In this document: positions 52,068 to 61,542 of the stretch, piece by piece
How the letters are laid out: each line of letters begins with the position of its first letter
How positions within the stretch are numbered: position 1 is the stretch's first letter
NCBI GenBank assembly: GCA_964406055.1
Contig: CAYOQF010000011.1
Span: forward strand, 7,416 to 71,415
DNA from: an uncultured Syntrophorhabdaceae bacterium
GTDB taxonomy: Bacteria; Desulfobacterota; Syntrophorhabdia; Syntrophorhabdales; Syntrophorhabdaceae
DNA: 64,000 nucleotides
Direction of reading: 5' to 3'
Translations under genes and position numbers: made by a program
Notes under the pieces: generated by a model
The model's input: the letters and a program-made list of their open reading frames with translations, nothing else
What the model was told of the DNA's origin: nothing
Databases searched by the model: none

Positions 52068-52976
52068 CTAACGCCGGGGTGGGGTAGCGGGTGGGGTCTT
52101 TTTGTCCGGCCCGCTCTTCGGAGAATCCGGTGTCACCGTGATCGCCGGCGCCCACACAGACCCGGCGACCACAATAGTACCGCTGCCCGGCAGGGGCGCG
52201 CCTCCCGGTGCGGATGTGTAGGTAAGGGTCAGGCTGATCCTCCGGTCGTATTCGGTACCTTCAATCAGACCCTTTCCGGTCAACGAGAGCCCCGGGCTCC
52301 GGATCGACACCTTCTCGATGGTCAACTTGTCGCCCACCACCGTTCCGGCTGCGGCAAGATCGTTGAACGGGATGATGAGACGCGGGAACCCTGCGGCAGA
52401 AACTTCACTCAACTCGCCGTCCTTCACCTGGATGCGGAAGGCGCCTTTGACTTGCCCCTGGGCCGACCGGGGCTCCCTCCGGATTTCACCGTCCATGGTG
52501 CCCTTGAGTCCTTTCACCCACCGGAACCTCCCCTCGGGATACCTGGCAAGATTGATTCCCGAAAAGCGGGCTGTCAGCCCCGGAACGCCGTCTGAAAACA
52601 GGGGGATCTTGGAGATCTGGAGTCCCACCTTCCCACCGTAGGCAGAGGCATCGCCCCCCACGGAAAGCCCCCCGCCTAAAATGGAGAGAGGGTTCGCCGT
52701 GAGACGGACGTTCTCCATCTCCATGAGGGGTTCCGACCCGAGGGCCTGGTGGCCCATGACCATGCGGGCTGCCTGAGCCCGCAGGAAACCGATCCGGGCA
52801 TCAACGGATGAGAGGGTCACGCCGTTGCCGGCGATGAAGTTCTGCAACACCAGCCTGAAGGCCTTCTTATAGGGAAAGAAGACGGCCAGCACAAGGACGG
52901 TGAGGACAATGAACCAGACAACGGCCATGGTCACGGGGAGCACCTTTTTCCGTCCTTTCATCTCCTCACCTTTCAC
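52068..52976 (-). CDS. GspN-like type II secretion protein (assignment by position and topology)
   Basis: Single N-terminal TM, about 300 aa, last gene after gspM. Pro-rich C-terminal tail. Confidence 0.45.
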   Translation of the reverse strand: MKGEEMKGRKKVLPVTMAVVWFIVLTVLVLAVFFPYKKAFRLVLQNFIAGNGVTLSSVDARIGFLRAQAARMVMGHQALGSEPLMEMENVRLTANPLSILGGGLSVGGDASAYGGKVGLQISKIPLFSDGVPGLTARFSGINLARYPEGRFRWVKGLKGTMDGEIRREPRSAQGQVKGAFRIQVKDGELSEVSAAGFPRLIIPFNDLAAAGTVVGDKLTIEKVSIRSPGLSLTGKGLIEGTEYDRRISLTLTYTSAPGGAPLPGSGTIVVAGSVWAPAITVTPDSPKSGPDKKTPPATPPRR

Positions 52977-53469
52977 TGATCGCGGCGGTCACATCAACGA
53001 GGATCTGATTCTGAGGCAATGCAAGCTGCAGCCTTCGCATACGAAAACCGGAGGCGTCGATCTCCCTGCAGAACTCGATAACCTCCGCCAGGACCGCCCC
53101 GACGATCTTCACCTCGACCACCTGGAAAGACTGGCCCCGCTCCTCTTTCAGGGTGCTCGGCTTGAGGGAACCGAGGCGTCCGCTCTTGAAGACCTTCGAG
53201 ATGGTCTCCTCCATCAAACCCAGGGACAGCTTCTTCTTCTCCCTCGCCCGCGCGCCCGCTTCTTCCACCTGACGCTGCCGCGCAAGATAGGCGTTCTTGA
53301 GCGTAATGATTCTGCCGAGCTGGGCCTGCCTCAACTCAATCCTCTTCTCCAGTGCGCCTGTGGCGGTATGAAACGAGTAGGCCCAGTAGAGGCCTACAAC
53401 GGCGACAACCAGGAATACCGCGATATAGAGCGTGTCGGAAACCGATCCGAAAAGGGTCTTGAGTCTCAT
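52966..53469 (-). CDS. gspM: GspM-like type II secretion protein
   Basis: About 165 aa with an N-terminal TM (IAVFLVVAVVGLYWAY) followed by a coiled coil. Overlaps its neighbours. Confidence 0.55.
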   Translation of the reverse strand: MRLKTLFGSVSDTLYIAVFLVVAVVGLYWAYSFHTATGALEKRIELRQAQLGRIITLKNAYLARQRQVEEAGARAREKKKLSLGLMEETISKVFKSGRLGSLKPSTLKEERGQSFQVVEVKIVGAVLAEVIEFCREIDASGFRMRRLQLALPQNQILVDVTAAISER

Positions 53470-54782
53470 ATCCTGACCCTCATCTTGAAGGCTACCTGCC
53501 GCACCGATGTGAGCTCCATGTTCTGGATCTCAACGGCCTTTACCCCCCCTATCTGCTCCAGGGAGGTCTTCACCTTCTCCGCCGCCCCGAACGAGACGGT
53601 GGTGCCCGTCAGGCTGAAGCCCGTATCATCCCACTGGAATTCCGTCAGTTTCACGTCTATGGTGCCGTCGATCCTGCTGCTCACCTGGGCAAGGATCCCG
53701 AGGGGCGAGGAAGAGCCCGGAATTCCTGCCTCCACCCCTTCCCGCTCAAGGACGCGAAGCCGTTCCTCGAGCACCTTCTCAACCTCTTTCACCGGCGGCG
53801 CCTTGGGGAAAACGGTCCTGTACACCTTCTCCTGTTCCCGCGCCAGCGCACTGTACGCCCCCTGGTGAAGACTCAGGTTCACGTAGGATAGGCCTGCAAG
53901 AATAAGGGCCGCGGCCGCCAGCGCCCCGGAAACGAAAACCCCTGTTCGCAGGGACACAGGCATGGCCGCGCGTCGCCTCCCGAGGAGGTTGAGACCGTCC
54001 GGGGGGTTGAGGGCCAGGAGGCCTGCCCCGATACCCGTCCACAGGGCATAGGCGCTCTGGGAAAGGCGAGGATGACCCTTCAGGCGGGGGGCTTCCACTT
54101 TGATCCCCGTCTCCCGGCCGAGTTCAGCCCCGGTGATGGGAAACCCTTCGTCGGCGAGGAAATAGCAGATGTCGGGCCGGATCTCCCGTGTCTCCACGAG
54201 GGACCGCACGGCCCCGACCACGAGAGACGGATCCCGTTGATAGACGAACTGCCTCGATTCCCGGACGCGGCCGGCCTCAAAATGGACGAGAAAGACCGCG
54301 TTTTCCTCGCCGTAAAGGAACAGGCAATGCTCCGACTCCATAGCCCTGGCCCACCTGAGGCCGTGGAGTGCCGCCGCACCGTTCATGGTGACCGCCGTGA
54401 CATGGCGTCCCCACTGAGCCGCGGCGGTCATCGACTTCGGAACCACGGCGACGAGCACGTCCCCCTTGCCGAGTTCCTCGAAATCGGTGGCCATGTCGTC
54501 CAGGGAAAAAGGCACGCGATCGGCCACCTCTCCGGCGATGACGAGCTCGATCTTTTTTCTTCCCGAAAAAGGGAAGGTTACAGTGAGGAGATACCCCGAC
54601 GAGATGCCCAGGGACACGGCGCAGGGGGAGTGGTCAAGGACGGCCCTGAGATCGGGCAGGTCTTTGTCCATGTGGAAGCGGATATCTTCCACCGACCGGC
54701 CCTCCACGGCGAACTCGACACCGCACCAGAGGCCTTTCCGCTGGAAGACAGCCCGCGTTTTCCGCTTCAAAACTCCCTCCAC
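53466..54782 (-). CDS. gspL: GspL-like type II secretion protein (cytoplasmic actin-like domain, TM, periplasmic domain)
   Basis: Topology and position between gspK and gspM. TM helix VFVSGALAAAALILAGLSYV. Confidence 0.6.
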   Translation of the reverse strand: MEGVLKRKTRAVFQRKGLWCGVEFAVEGRSVEDIRFHMDKDLPDLRAVLDHSPCAVSLGISSGYLLTVTFPFSGRKKIELVIAGEVADRVPFSLDDMATDFEELGKGDVLVAVVPKSMTAAAQWGRHVTAVTMNGAAALHGLRWARAMESEHCLFLYGEENAVFLVHFEAGRVRESRQFVYQRDPSLVVGAVRSLVETREIRPDICYFLADEGFPITGAELGRETGIKVEAPRLKGHPRLSQSAYALWTGIGAGLLALNPPDGLNLLGRRRAAMPVSLRTGVFVSGALAAAALILAGLSYVNLSLHQGAYSALAREQEKVYRTVFPKAPPVKEVEKVLEERLRVLEREGVEAGIPGSSSPLGILAQVSSRIDGTIDVKLTEFQWDDTGFSLTGTTVSFGAAEKVKTSLEQIGGVKAVEIQNMELTSVRQVAFKMRVRI

Positions 54783-55726
54783 GACAGGATTGTCACCATA
54801 CCCCCGTCCCGGCGCACCAGAGACTCCACTTGTTTTACCACATTTCCCGCGGTATATTTAGCCCGTATGGTAAAAAAAAATGAGTTCACCTTTACCAGGG
54901 GGTCCAACCTCGCCGCAAGAGGATCGGCGAGGCCGATGACGCCCTTCAGGTCATTCATGCTCGTAAAATCCTTCTCGTCCCGCCTCCTGACGATTTCCTC
55001 CACCAGCCCTTCCCGAAGGTCAGGGTGGAGGTCCAAAAGCAGTTCGGCTGGCGCCGTGTTCACGTTCAGCTTCCCGTCTGTCGGGGCTACGGTCACGTAG
55101 TCCAGGAGCCTCCGGTCCACGAGGAGGTCCCGGTCGAAACCCCTGATGCGGAGGAGTTCGTCGAGGCTGTCGAGGGGCCCGTTCTTGACCGTCTGCCCCC
55201 GCTCCCGATAATAGGACTCCTCAGCCCCTTGGTCCCCGTAAACCTTGTCGTCCCGGTCCATCCAGTCTATGAGACTGTCCACCACCTCCGGCCTGCCCCC
55301 AAGACGGGTGATCAGTTTTCTCAGCCGTTCTTCCACCTGCCTGTTCACCACGTCCTTGTCCCCGGCAGCCGCTAACAGGGTGTTGAGGTTCAGTTTCCCG
55401 TCCTCATCGTCGATCCTCACTTCCAGCATACCGGTTCCGACGCCGAGGGCCGGGAACCGAAGCGCCCACCGGTCGCCCTTTCCGTCGTAGGAGGCGTCGT
55501 CGGCCTTGAGGATACCGATGGCCCCTTCCACCCCTGACCGGGCCAACCGTATGGCCTGGATGGAATCCCTGAAGTTGGCGGCTTGGGCGAGATTGACCTG
55601 GGCCTTTGAATAGAAGACAAGGACTGCCGGGAGGAGCAGGGCTATGACGATGAGGACGGTGACGAGGACAAAACCCCGCTGGTCACCGCCGTACCCTCTC
55701 TGCCTCCGCTGCCCAAGCCCTTCCAT
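54767..55726 (-). CDS. gspK: minor pseudopilin GspK
   Basis: Start at ATG 55726. QRG-FVLVTVLIVIALLL followed by SAM-like/HhH repeats (LNLNTL.., LNVNTAPAELL). Confidence 0.65.
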   Translation of the reverse strand: MEGLGQRRQRGYGGDQRGFVLVTVLIVIALLLPAVLVFYSKAQVNLAQAANFRDSIQAIRLARSGVEGAIGILKADDASYDGKGDRWALRFPALGVGTGMLEVRIDDEDGKLNLNTLLAAAGDKDVVNRQVEERLRKLITRLGGRPEVVDSLIDWMDRDDKVYGDQGAEESYYRERGQTVKNGPLDSLDELLRIRGFDRDLLVDRRLLDYVTVAPTDGKLNVNTAPAELLLDLHPDLREGLVEEIVRRRDEKDFTSMNDLKGVIGLADPLAARLDPLVKVNSFFFTIRAKYTAGNVVKQVESLVRRDGGMVTILSWREF

Positions 55727-55752
55727 CCCCTCTCCCTGTTCTGTCGGCGCCT

Positions 55753-56358
55753 TTAAAGGGCCGTGGGTACCGCCTCGTCGGCAGCAAAGGACCGCCTGTT
55801 GCCCCTGTCGTCCACAAGGGTCACCAGTATCCTCACCTGCTGGGGATGCTTGCCCTTCTTGACGGAATCCCACGTCTCCACCCACTCCCTGCCGTCGTAG
55901 AACCGCAACTGGAAGTTCGTGACCATCCTGGACACCTCGAAGGTCGAGCCCACCTTCCACAGGTCTTCCTTCATGTCCGTCAGCTCCCGCCGGACAAGGA
56001 CCTTGCCTCCTTCCACCGTCCTTACCAGGGCATAGCCCACCTTCCCGTATCCGAAGGGGTTCTCGCCGAGAAGGGAGGTGGTGGCAAACTCCAGGGTGTA
56101 GTAAAGCTCACCGCTCACTTCCTTTACCTCCGCCTTGAGCGGGGCCTTCGTGGCAGGCTTCATCCCCCTGATGTCCTGCCGCTGGAGCTCCACGAGAATC
56201 CTTCCGGATTCGAGGACCTCCTGCTCTTCGGAGGCGGCCGAAATGGCGCTGTTGATCCCCACATAGGTCGTATAGACCACCACGAGGAGAAAGGCGGAGA
56301 GGCCCGCCGCCATGATGGTCTCAAGGAGGGAGAAACCTCGGTCGGTGAACCTGGTCAC
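55753..56358 (-). CDS. gspJ: minor pseudopilin GspJ-like
   Basis: DRG-FSLLETIMAAGL prepilin motif. About 200 aa. Confidence 0.65.
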   Translation of the reverse strand: MTRFTDRGFSLLETIMAAGLSAFLLVVVYTTYVGINSAISAASEEQEVLESGRILVELQRQDIRGMKPATKAPLKAEVKEVSGELYYTLEFATTSLLGENPFGYGKVGYALVRTVEGGKVLVRRELTDMKEDLWKVGSTFEVSRMVTNFQLRFYDGREWVETWDSVKKGKHPQQVRILVTLVDDRGNRRSFAADEAVPTAL

Positions 56359-57173
56359 GGGGAGGACTCTCGAAGTTCGTAGGTGCGGCGCCGGGTGGGC
56401 TTGCCTTCGGAGGGGACGGAAGCGGCAGGAGTCTGGCCCGACTGGACGGTGGCCCCGGAAGTCGGGCTCGCTTTCAGGGGGATGCCCTCCTGGGTCTTCT
56501 CCTCAATTCTCGTCGAAGTGCCTCCAAAAGCGGAAGACATATCCGGCATCCCGGAACTGTAGGATGGGGTAAGGATCACCGGGGACGGGGCCCCCTCGGT
56601 CTTGGCCCCCTCCTGACCCTGGGCCTTCTCGTCTCCCACTGAGGTCGAAGATCTCGCCTCCTGGGAGACAATGCGCACTTCTCCCCCAACCCCAAGCTGG
56701 ACTTGAGGAGGAGGAGCCTGCACGGGAGGCTGTACGACCCGCACCGCTGCCGGCGGCGGAGGCGGGGAAGAAACCGGGGGGGCTGTTTGGACGCGCACCG
56801 GGGCAGGCGCGTCCGGGGAGGGAGCGGGGCGGGGGGCCGTGCTCAAGACCAAAAGAACCGCTGATCCCGCCCGTTCGGGCCTGATGAGCACGTAATTATA
56901 GCCCCTGAGAAGGCGCTGAAGCGCCTCTTCGAGGGTATAGTCCCGACCGGAGAGACTCACCTGCTCCCCCCCAAGGGCCATACCCTTTATCTCCAGTGGG
57001 ACCTTGCGGGAAAGTTCGCGGATCACCGTGTTCAGGGGAAGGTTCTCCACACGGGCGCTGATGGCCCCGTCTTTGGTGACGGAAAGGGTGTCCTGGGATG
57101 CCTCTGAAGGAGAAACCCCCAAGAAAAGCAGGAAAAGACCGACCCACACCCGAAGTGCCAATCCCTTCTTCAA
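56355..57173 (-). CDS. secreted STN-like domain protein with Pro-rich linker (first gene of the gspJKLMN operon)
   Basis: Signal peptide. ARVENLPLNTVIRELSRKVPLEI..SGRDYTLEEALQRLLRGYNYVL resembles the secretin/TonB short N-terminal (STN) domain. This is followed by PRPAPSPDAPAPV..PPPPPAAV. TTG start. Confidence 0.5.
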   Translation of the reverse strand: MKKGLALRVWVGLFLLFLGVSPSEASQDTLSVTKDGAISARVENLPLNTVIRELSRKVPLEIKGMALGGEQVSLSGRDYTLEEALQRLLRGYNYVLIRPERAGSAVLLVLSTAPRPAPSPDAPAPVRVQTAPPVSSPPPPPAAVRVVQPPVQAPPPQVQLGVGGEVRIVSQEARSSTSVGDEKAQGQEGAKTEGAPSPVILTPSYSSGMPDMSSAFGGTSTRIEEKTQEGIPLKASPTSGATVQSGQTPAASVPSEGKPTRRRTYELRESSP

Positions 57174-57204
57174 TGCCTTCCCCCTATTGGAGTAAACCCT
57201 TTCT

Positions 57205-57232
57205 ATTATAGCAGGATTCCCAACCTTGTCAA
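57205..57232 (-). promoter_or_regulatory. consensus promoter of the STN-gspJKLMN operon
   Basis: On the minus strand: TTGACA (57232-57227), 16 nt, TGC-TATAAT (57210-57205). Confidence 0.6.
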
Positions 57233-57266
57233 AACCAAAGTCCCGCGCCCCGGCCGAGGGTTCGCG

Positions 57267-57293
57267 TTGACATGTCGGGTTGATTCTTATATC
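57267..57293 (+). promoter_or_regulatory. candidate promoter of plsY (leaderless arrangement)
   Basis: TTGACA 57267-57272, short 15-nt spacer, TATATC 57288-57293, then 8 nt to ATG 57302. Confidence 0.35.
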
Positions 57294-57301
57294 CTTTGCC
57301 C

Positions 57302-57883
57302 ATGATCCAGGCGCTCATCATCCTCGGGGCATACCTTGTGGGATCCGTACCGGTGGGGATCGTCATTGCAGGGATCCTGGGGAAAGACCCCAGGAAGGCG
57401 GGGAGCGGCAATATCGGGGCCACCAATGTCCTCAGGACCGTGGGCAAGGCAGCCGGGATCGCCACCCTTCTGGGCGATGCGGCAAAAGGCTTCCTGCCCG
57501 CCGGGCTCGCCATCTTCCTGGGTGAAGCACCCTATGTGGTCGCCCTTGCAGGCCTCGCATCGTTCCTGGGCCACCTGTACCCGGTCTATCTCAGATTCAA
57601 AGGGGGAAAGGGGGTGGCCACCGCCCTGGGTATCTACCTGGCCTTAAACCCCCTGGCGGTCGCCCTGGGGGCGATCATCTTCTTCGCCGTCCTCGTCAAG
57701 TGGCGCTACGTCTCCTTGAGTTCTCTGACCGGCGCGGGCTCCATCCCCCTGGCCCTTTACGCACTCAGGGCGCCTGAAGAGTACGTCTACCTCTCCATGG
57801 TCATGCTCCTCTTCATCTACGCCAAGCACAAGGAAAACATAGCCCGTCTCCGGGCCGGAAAGGAAAACCGGTTTCGCTTCTGA
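57302..57883 (+). CDS. plsY: glycerol-3-phosphate acyltransferase PlsY
   Basis: GSGNIGATN motif and multiple TM segments. ATG 57302 is preferred over TTG 57296. Confidence 0.9.
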   Translation: MIQALIILGAYLVGSVPVGIVIAGILGKDPRKAGSGNIGATNVLRTVGKAAGIATLLGDAAKGFLPAGLAIFLGEAPYVVALAGLASFLGHLYPVYLRFKGGKGVATALGIYLALNPLAVALGAIIFFAVLVKWRYVSLSSLTGAGSIPLALYALRAPEEYVYLSMVMLLFIYAKHKENIARLRAGKENRFRF

Positions 57884-57887
57884 GGTC

Positions 57888-59633
57888 TCAATCCTCCATC
57901 AGGAGGGGTACGAGCTTCTTCTCCTTGATGTCGGCGAGGCCCTTGTCGGTGATGCGCAGAAAAGGAAGACCCGTGAAGGAGATGGTCTGAAGGGTCAGGA
58001 ATGGTCTCTCCAGTGTGCTCCCGATCTCTCTCATCGCCCTCTCCAGTCCCCTGATCTTGTCCGCCGTCTCTTCCACGGACGTAAGCGACATGGTGCCGAA
58101 GACGGGCATGGCGAATTCGAAAATGAGCCTCCCCTCCCGGGCGATGACCACGCCGCCCTGAATGTCGATGAGCCTGTTCGTTGCCAGCGCCATATCCTCT
58201 TCCGAACTCCCCACGGTGAGGATGTTGCCCGTATCCCAGATGAGCGTCGTCGCAACCGCCCCGCAGGTGATCCCCGCCCCCTTCACAAACCCCTTTCCCA
58301 AGCGGCTTTTGTCCCGCCGATTGATCAGGGCCACCGGGAGGATGCCTCGTTCCAGGTCCTTTTCCAGATAACCATCCTTTACCGCAAGGGATGTGGGGAC
58401 CGGTCGCGTGATGGTCTGGTTGGACAATTCGATGACCCGCACCAGGGCAGCCTTCCGGCCCGTGCCGGTCCTCAGGTCTTCCGCAGTTACGTGGTCCGCC
58501 GTGATCGAAGCGGTCACCGCCCCCGGGAAGGAAGAGGCCGGAAGGGTCTTGGTGAACCCGCCCCTGGTGACGACGAACTCCCCCTCCACCATGACCCTGT
58601 CGATCGAGACCCGCTCCAGGTCCCTGAGAAAGAGGATATCCGCCTTCCGCAAGGGGGCGATGGCGCCCAGGTGGCGCAGTCCGTAATAATCCGCCGGGTT
58701 AATCGTCACCATCTTGATCGCCTCCATCGGTGCGAATCCGAGACCTATCGCCCTCCGCACCAGGGAATCAAGGTAGCCCTCGGCCATGAGCATCCCGGCG
58801 TCGAAGACGTCGGAGACGAGCATCAGCCTCCTCGTATCCACACCCGTCCGCGCTATGGGCGCCAGGGCCTCCAGCTCCCTCCGGACCCACCCGTCACGGA
58901 TCATGACGTAGACGCCGTGCCTCAGTTTCTCCATCACCTCGTCGACGGTGGTCGATTCGTGGCACGAGGTGATCCCGGTAAGGACGTACTGGACGAGCCT
59001 TCTTCCCCGGGCCCCCGCGGCATGGCCGTCCAGGGCCTTCCGCCCCGCGAGGCCGGCACACGCCTGGCTCAGGATCCGGTCATCACCTTCCACGATGCGG
59101 GTCCAGTAGGCCTCTCCGATACCGACAAAGTCATCCCGCCTCAGGAGACGGCGGAATTCTCTGAGGGTGAGGCCCCGGGAGCCCTCCATGCGGGGAAAGG
59201 GAGGCGTAAGGGGTGGGGCCAGGAAGTAACATCGTAAGGGGTATCCCCTGGTGCTCTCCACAAGGGCCATCACCCCTTCGAATCCGCAGGTGCAGGCTGC
59301 CATGCTGGTTTCCGTCACCACGGCTGTGGTCCCGCCCCGGAGCGCGAAGGGGGTGAGGGCGGAAAAGGAAAGCATGCTATCCAGGTGCGTGTGGGAGTCA
59401 ATGAAACCGGGGCAGAGAAAGGCCCCCTCGGCGTCGAATACAGGAGCCTCCGGAAAGGCCTCCTTGCTGTCTTCTTCCACCGAGGCGATGTACCCGTCCT
59501 TTACGGCGACGGCAAGCCCTTCCTCGACGGCATTGGTAAAGACGTTCACCACCCGGCCGTTGCGGATGACGCAGTCCGGTGAAAGAAAACCCTTCGCCGT
59601 TCTCAGCAGGCGATCCATGGTACTTTTCTTCAT
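57888..59633 (-). CDS. ade: adenine deaminase (amidohydrolase superfamily)
   Basis: GFIDSHTHL metal motif. About 580 aa, the two-domain architecture typical of Ade. Confidence 0.8.
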   Translation of the reverse strand: MKKSTMDRLLRTAKGFLSPDCVIRNGRVVNVFTNAVEEGLAVAVKDGYIASVEEDSKEAFPEAPVFDAEGAFLCPGFIDSHTHLDSMLSFSALTPFALRGGTTAVVTETSMAACTCGFEGVMALVESTRGYPLRCYFLAPPLTPPFPRMEGSRGLTLREFRRLLRRDDFVGIGEAYWTRIVEGDDRILSQACAGLAGRKALDGHAAGARGRRLVQYVLTGITSCHESTTVDEVMEKLRHGVYVMIRDGWVRRELEALAPIARTGVDTRRLMLVSDVFDAGMLMAEGYLDSLVRRAIGLGFAPMEAIKMVTINPADYYGLRHLGAIAPLRKADILFLRDLERVSIDRVMVEGEFVVTRGGFTKTLPASSFPGAVTASITADHVTAEDLRTGTGRKAALVRVIELSNQTITRPVPTSLAVKDGYLEKDLERGILPVALINRRDKSRLGKGFVKGAGITCGAVATTLIWDTGNILTVGSSEEDMALATNRLIDIQGGVVIAREGRLIFEFAMPVFGTMSLTSVEETADKIRGLERAMREIGSTLERPFLTLQTISFTGLPFLRITDKGLADIKEKKLVPLLMED

Positions 59634-59660
59634 GCTCTCCCCCTCTCGAGAAGAATCTTC

Positions 59661-59690
59661 TTGAACAATCCGGCCCCGGGCCTGTACAAT
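59661..59690 (+). promoter_or_regulatory. candidate promoter of the MFS gene (leaderless arrangement)
   Basis: TTGAAC 59661-59666, 18 nt, TACAAT 59685-59690, then 5 nt to in-frame GTG 59696. Confidence 0.45.
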
Positions 59691-59695
59691 CCTAC

Positions 59696-60967
59696 GTGCA
59701 GCTTCGTCCTTCCCGCTCCCTTATCTTTCTCGTTCTCGCCCTTCAGTACCTCATTGTCTACTTCCACAGGGTCGCGCCGGCAGTGGTGGCGCCCGACCTC
59801 ACCACCGCCTTCGCCATCTCCGCCACGGCCCTCGGCCTTCTGGCCTCGGCCTATTTCTACCCTTACGCCCTCGCCCAGGTGCCCGTGGGTATCCTCTGCG
59901 ATTCCTGGGGCCCGCGCAAGACCCTCATCCTTTTCGGCCTCTTCTCCGCTGGCGGCTCCATCCTGTTCGGTATCGCCCCCGCCTTCGGCCCGGCCCTATG
60001 TTCCCGCATTCTCGTGGGGTTCGGAGTCTCCGCCATCTTCATCGCCTCCATGAAGATCTTCGCCCTCTGGTATCGTCCGCAGGAACTGGGGCGGATCTCC
60101 GGGGTGCTCATGGCCGTCGGCGGAATGGGCTGGCTGAGCGCCACCACCCCTCTCGCCTTCCTCGCCGAGGCCTTCGGGTGGCGCGTCTCCTTTGTGGCCG
60201 TGGGCGCTGCGGGCCTTTGCCTCACGGCCCTCACCTGGTTGTTTGTGGTCGACACACCCAGGGAGGCCGGTTCGGTCGGCGCTCCTCCGTGGGTGCGGCC
60301 CGGCGTGCCGGCACGGAAGGGGTTCAGGGGGGATCTGACGACCATCCTCAGGGAACGCCACTTCTGGGCCATTGCGATCTGGTTCATCTTTCGCGGGGCT
60401 TCCCTCTTCGGCTTTTTCGGTCTCTGGGCCGGCCCCTACCTGGTCGATACCTACGGCTTCTCCAAATATACTACGGGCAACCTTCTTGCCATGATCGCCC
60501 TTGCCATGATCCTTTCCAGCCCCCTCCTCGGGTACCTTTCCGACAACGTGCTCCGGAGCAGGAAAAAGGTGCTGGTCGGTACGTCCGTCCTCAACGTGAT
60601 GTGCTGGTCGGTCCTCGCCCTCTTCTTCAATACCCTCTCCCTCCCCTCCCTCTATGGCCTTTTCTTTCTCATGGGGGTGACCCAGAGCGCGGTGGGCAAT
60701 GTGGCGATCGTGGCAACCAAGGAGTACTTTCCTCTGCCCATGGCAGGAACCTCCATGGGGACGATGAATGTCTTCCCCTTCATCGGGGGTATCCTCTTTC
60801 AGCCTTTGCTCGGTTATGTGCTCGACAGGACCGGCACGGCATCCGGGGCCTACGCCCCTTCCGCCTACCGCCTCATGATCATCGTCTTTCTTCTTACCAG
60901 CCTCTTCGCCCTGGCCGCCATCCTCTTCTCCCGGGAAACGCACCACAAGGAAGGCCGGCTTCGTTGA
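59696..60967 (+). CDS. MFS transporter
   Basis: 12 hydrophobic segments. GTG 59696 was chosen because the longer track ORF (59579) overlaps the divergent ade gene and contains the promoter. Confidence 0.8.
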   Translation: MQLRPSRSLIFLVLALQYLIVYFHRVAPAVVAPDLTTAFAISATALGLLASAYFYPYALAQVPVGILCDSWGPRKTLILFGLFSAGGSILFGIAPAFGPALCSRILVGFGVSAIFIASMKIFALWYRPQELGRISGVLMAVGGMGWLSATTPLAFLAEAFGWRVSFVAVGAAGLCLTALTWLFVVDTPREAGSVGAPPWVRPGVPARKGFRGDLTTILRERHFWAIAIWFIFRGASLFGFFGLWAGPYLVDTYGFSKYTTGNLLAMIALAMILSSPLLGYLSDNVLRSRKKVLVGTSVLNVMCWSVLALFFNTLSLPSLYGLFFLMGVTQSAVGNVAIVATKEYFPLPMAGTSMGTMNVFPFIGGILFQPLLGYVLDRTGTASGAYAPSAYRLMIIVFLLTSLFALAAILFSRETHHKEGRLR

Positions 60968-60976
60968 ACGCCGTCT

Positions 60977-61435
60977 TTATCTCTTTCGGGCGGCGGCCTG
61001 CAGTTCCCGCCATTTGGTGATTTGCTCGGGCTTCAACACCGCCATGATCTTCCGGTTCCACTCGATGTCGGCGATACGCAGGGTGGCCAGATTGTCATAG
61101 ACCTCCCGCACCTTCTTCCTGATCTCCCCCATGTCCCCCTGCTTCTCCACGAGGGCCGCAAGCTCCCTGTTCAGGCCGGACACCTTGTCCGCTATGGGTT
61201 TTCTCTCCTTGTTCATGGCGGCGATGTGATCCTGCATCCTCTTTACCTGGTCGTCCGTCAGGCCGAGCTCCTTCTTGTAATCGAAGATGGTCTTGATCTG
61301 CGGTTGCCCCTGGGCCTGGGGTGCCTGAGTCACCTGTGCCTGAGCGGCCTGGGGTGCCGCATCGGCCCGAACCGCGACCCCGAGAACCAGGGACAAAAGC
61401 AGCACAGCGGTGACCATCATTCTTTTCCTTGTCAT
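60977..61435 (-). CDS. periplasmic LTXXQ-motif (Spy/CpxP-like) protein
   Basis: Signal peptide, Gln/Ala-rich linker, LGLTDDQVKRM (LTXXQ) and helical repeats. GAAGGAGG upstream. Confidence 0.65.
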   Translation of the reverse strand: MTRKRMMVTAVLLLSLVLGVAVRADAAPQAAQAQVTQAPQAQGQPQIKTIFDYKKELGLTDDQVKRMQDHIAAMNKERKPIADKVSGLNRELAALVEKQGDMGEIRKKVREVYDNLATLRIADIEWNRKIMAVLKPEQITKWRELQAAARKR

Positions 61436-61482
61436 TCATTGCCTCCTTCACGACGGGGATTTCCCCGGCCTTGGGCCGGGCT

Positions 61483-61521
61483 ATAAAAAGAGAGACACCG
61501 CATGATCGCTCATGCGGTGTC
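61483..61521 (-). terminator. rho-independent terminator after the giant repeat-protein gene
   Basis: Perfect 12-bp stem GACACCGCATGA/TCATGCGGTGTC with loop TCGC. On the minus strand it is followed by TCTCTTTTTAT. Confidence 0.6.
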
Positions 61522-61542
61522 CCGGTCAGACTTTCTCTGTTC

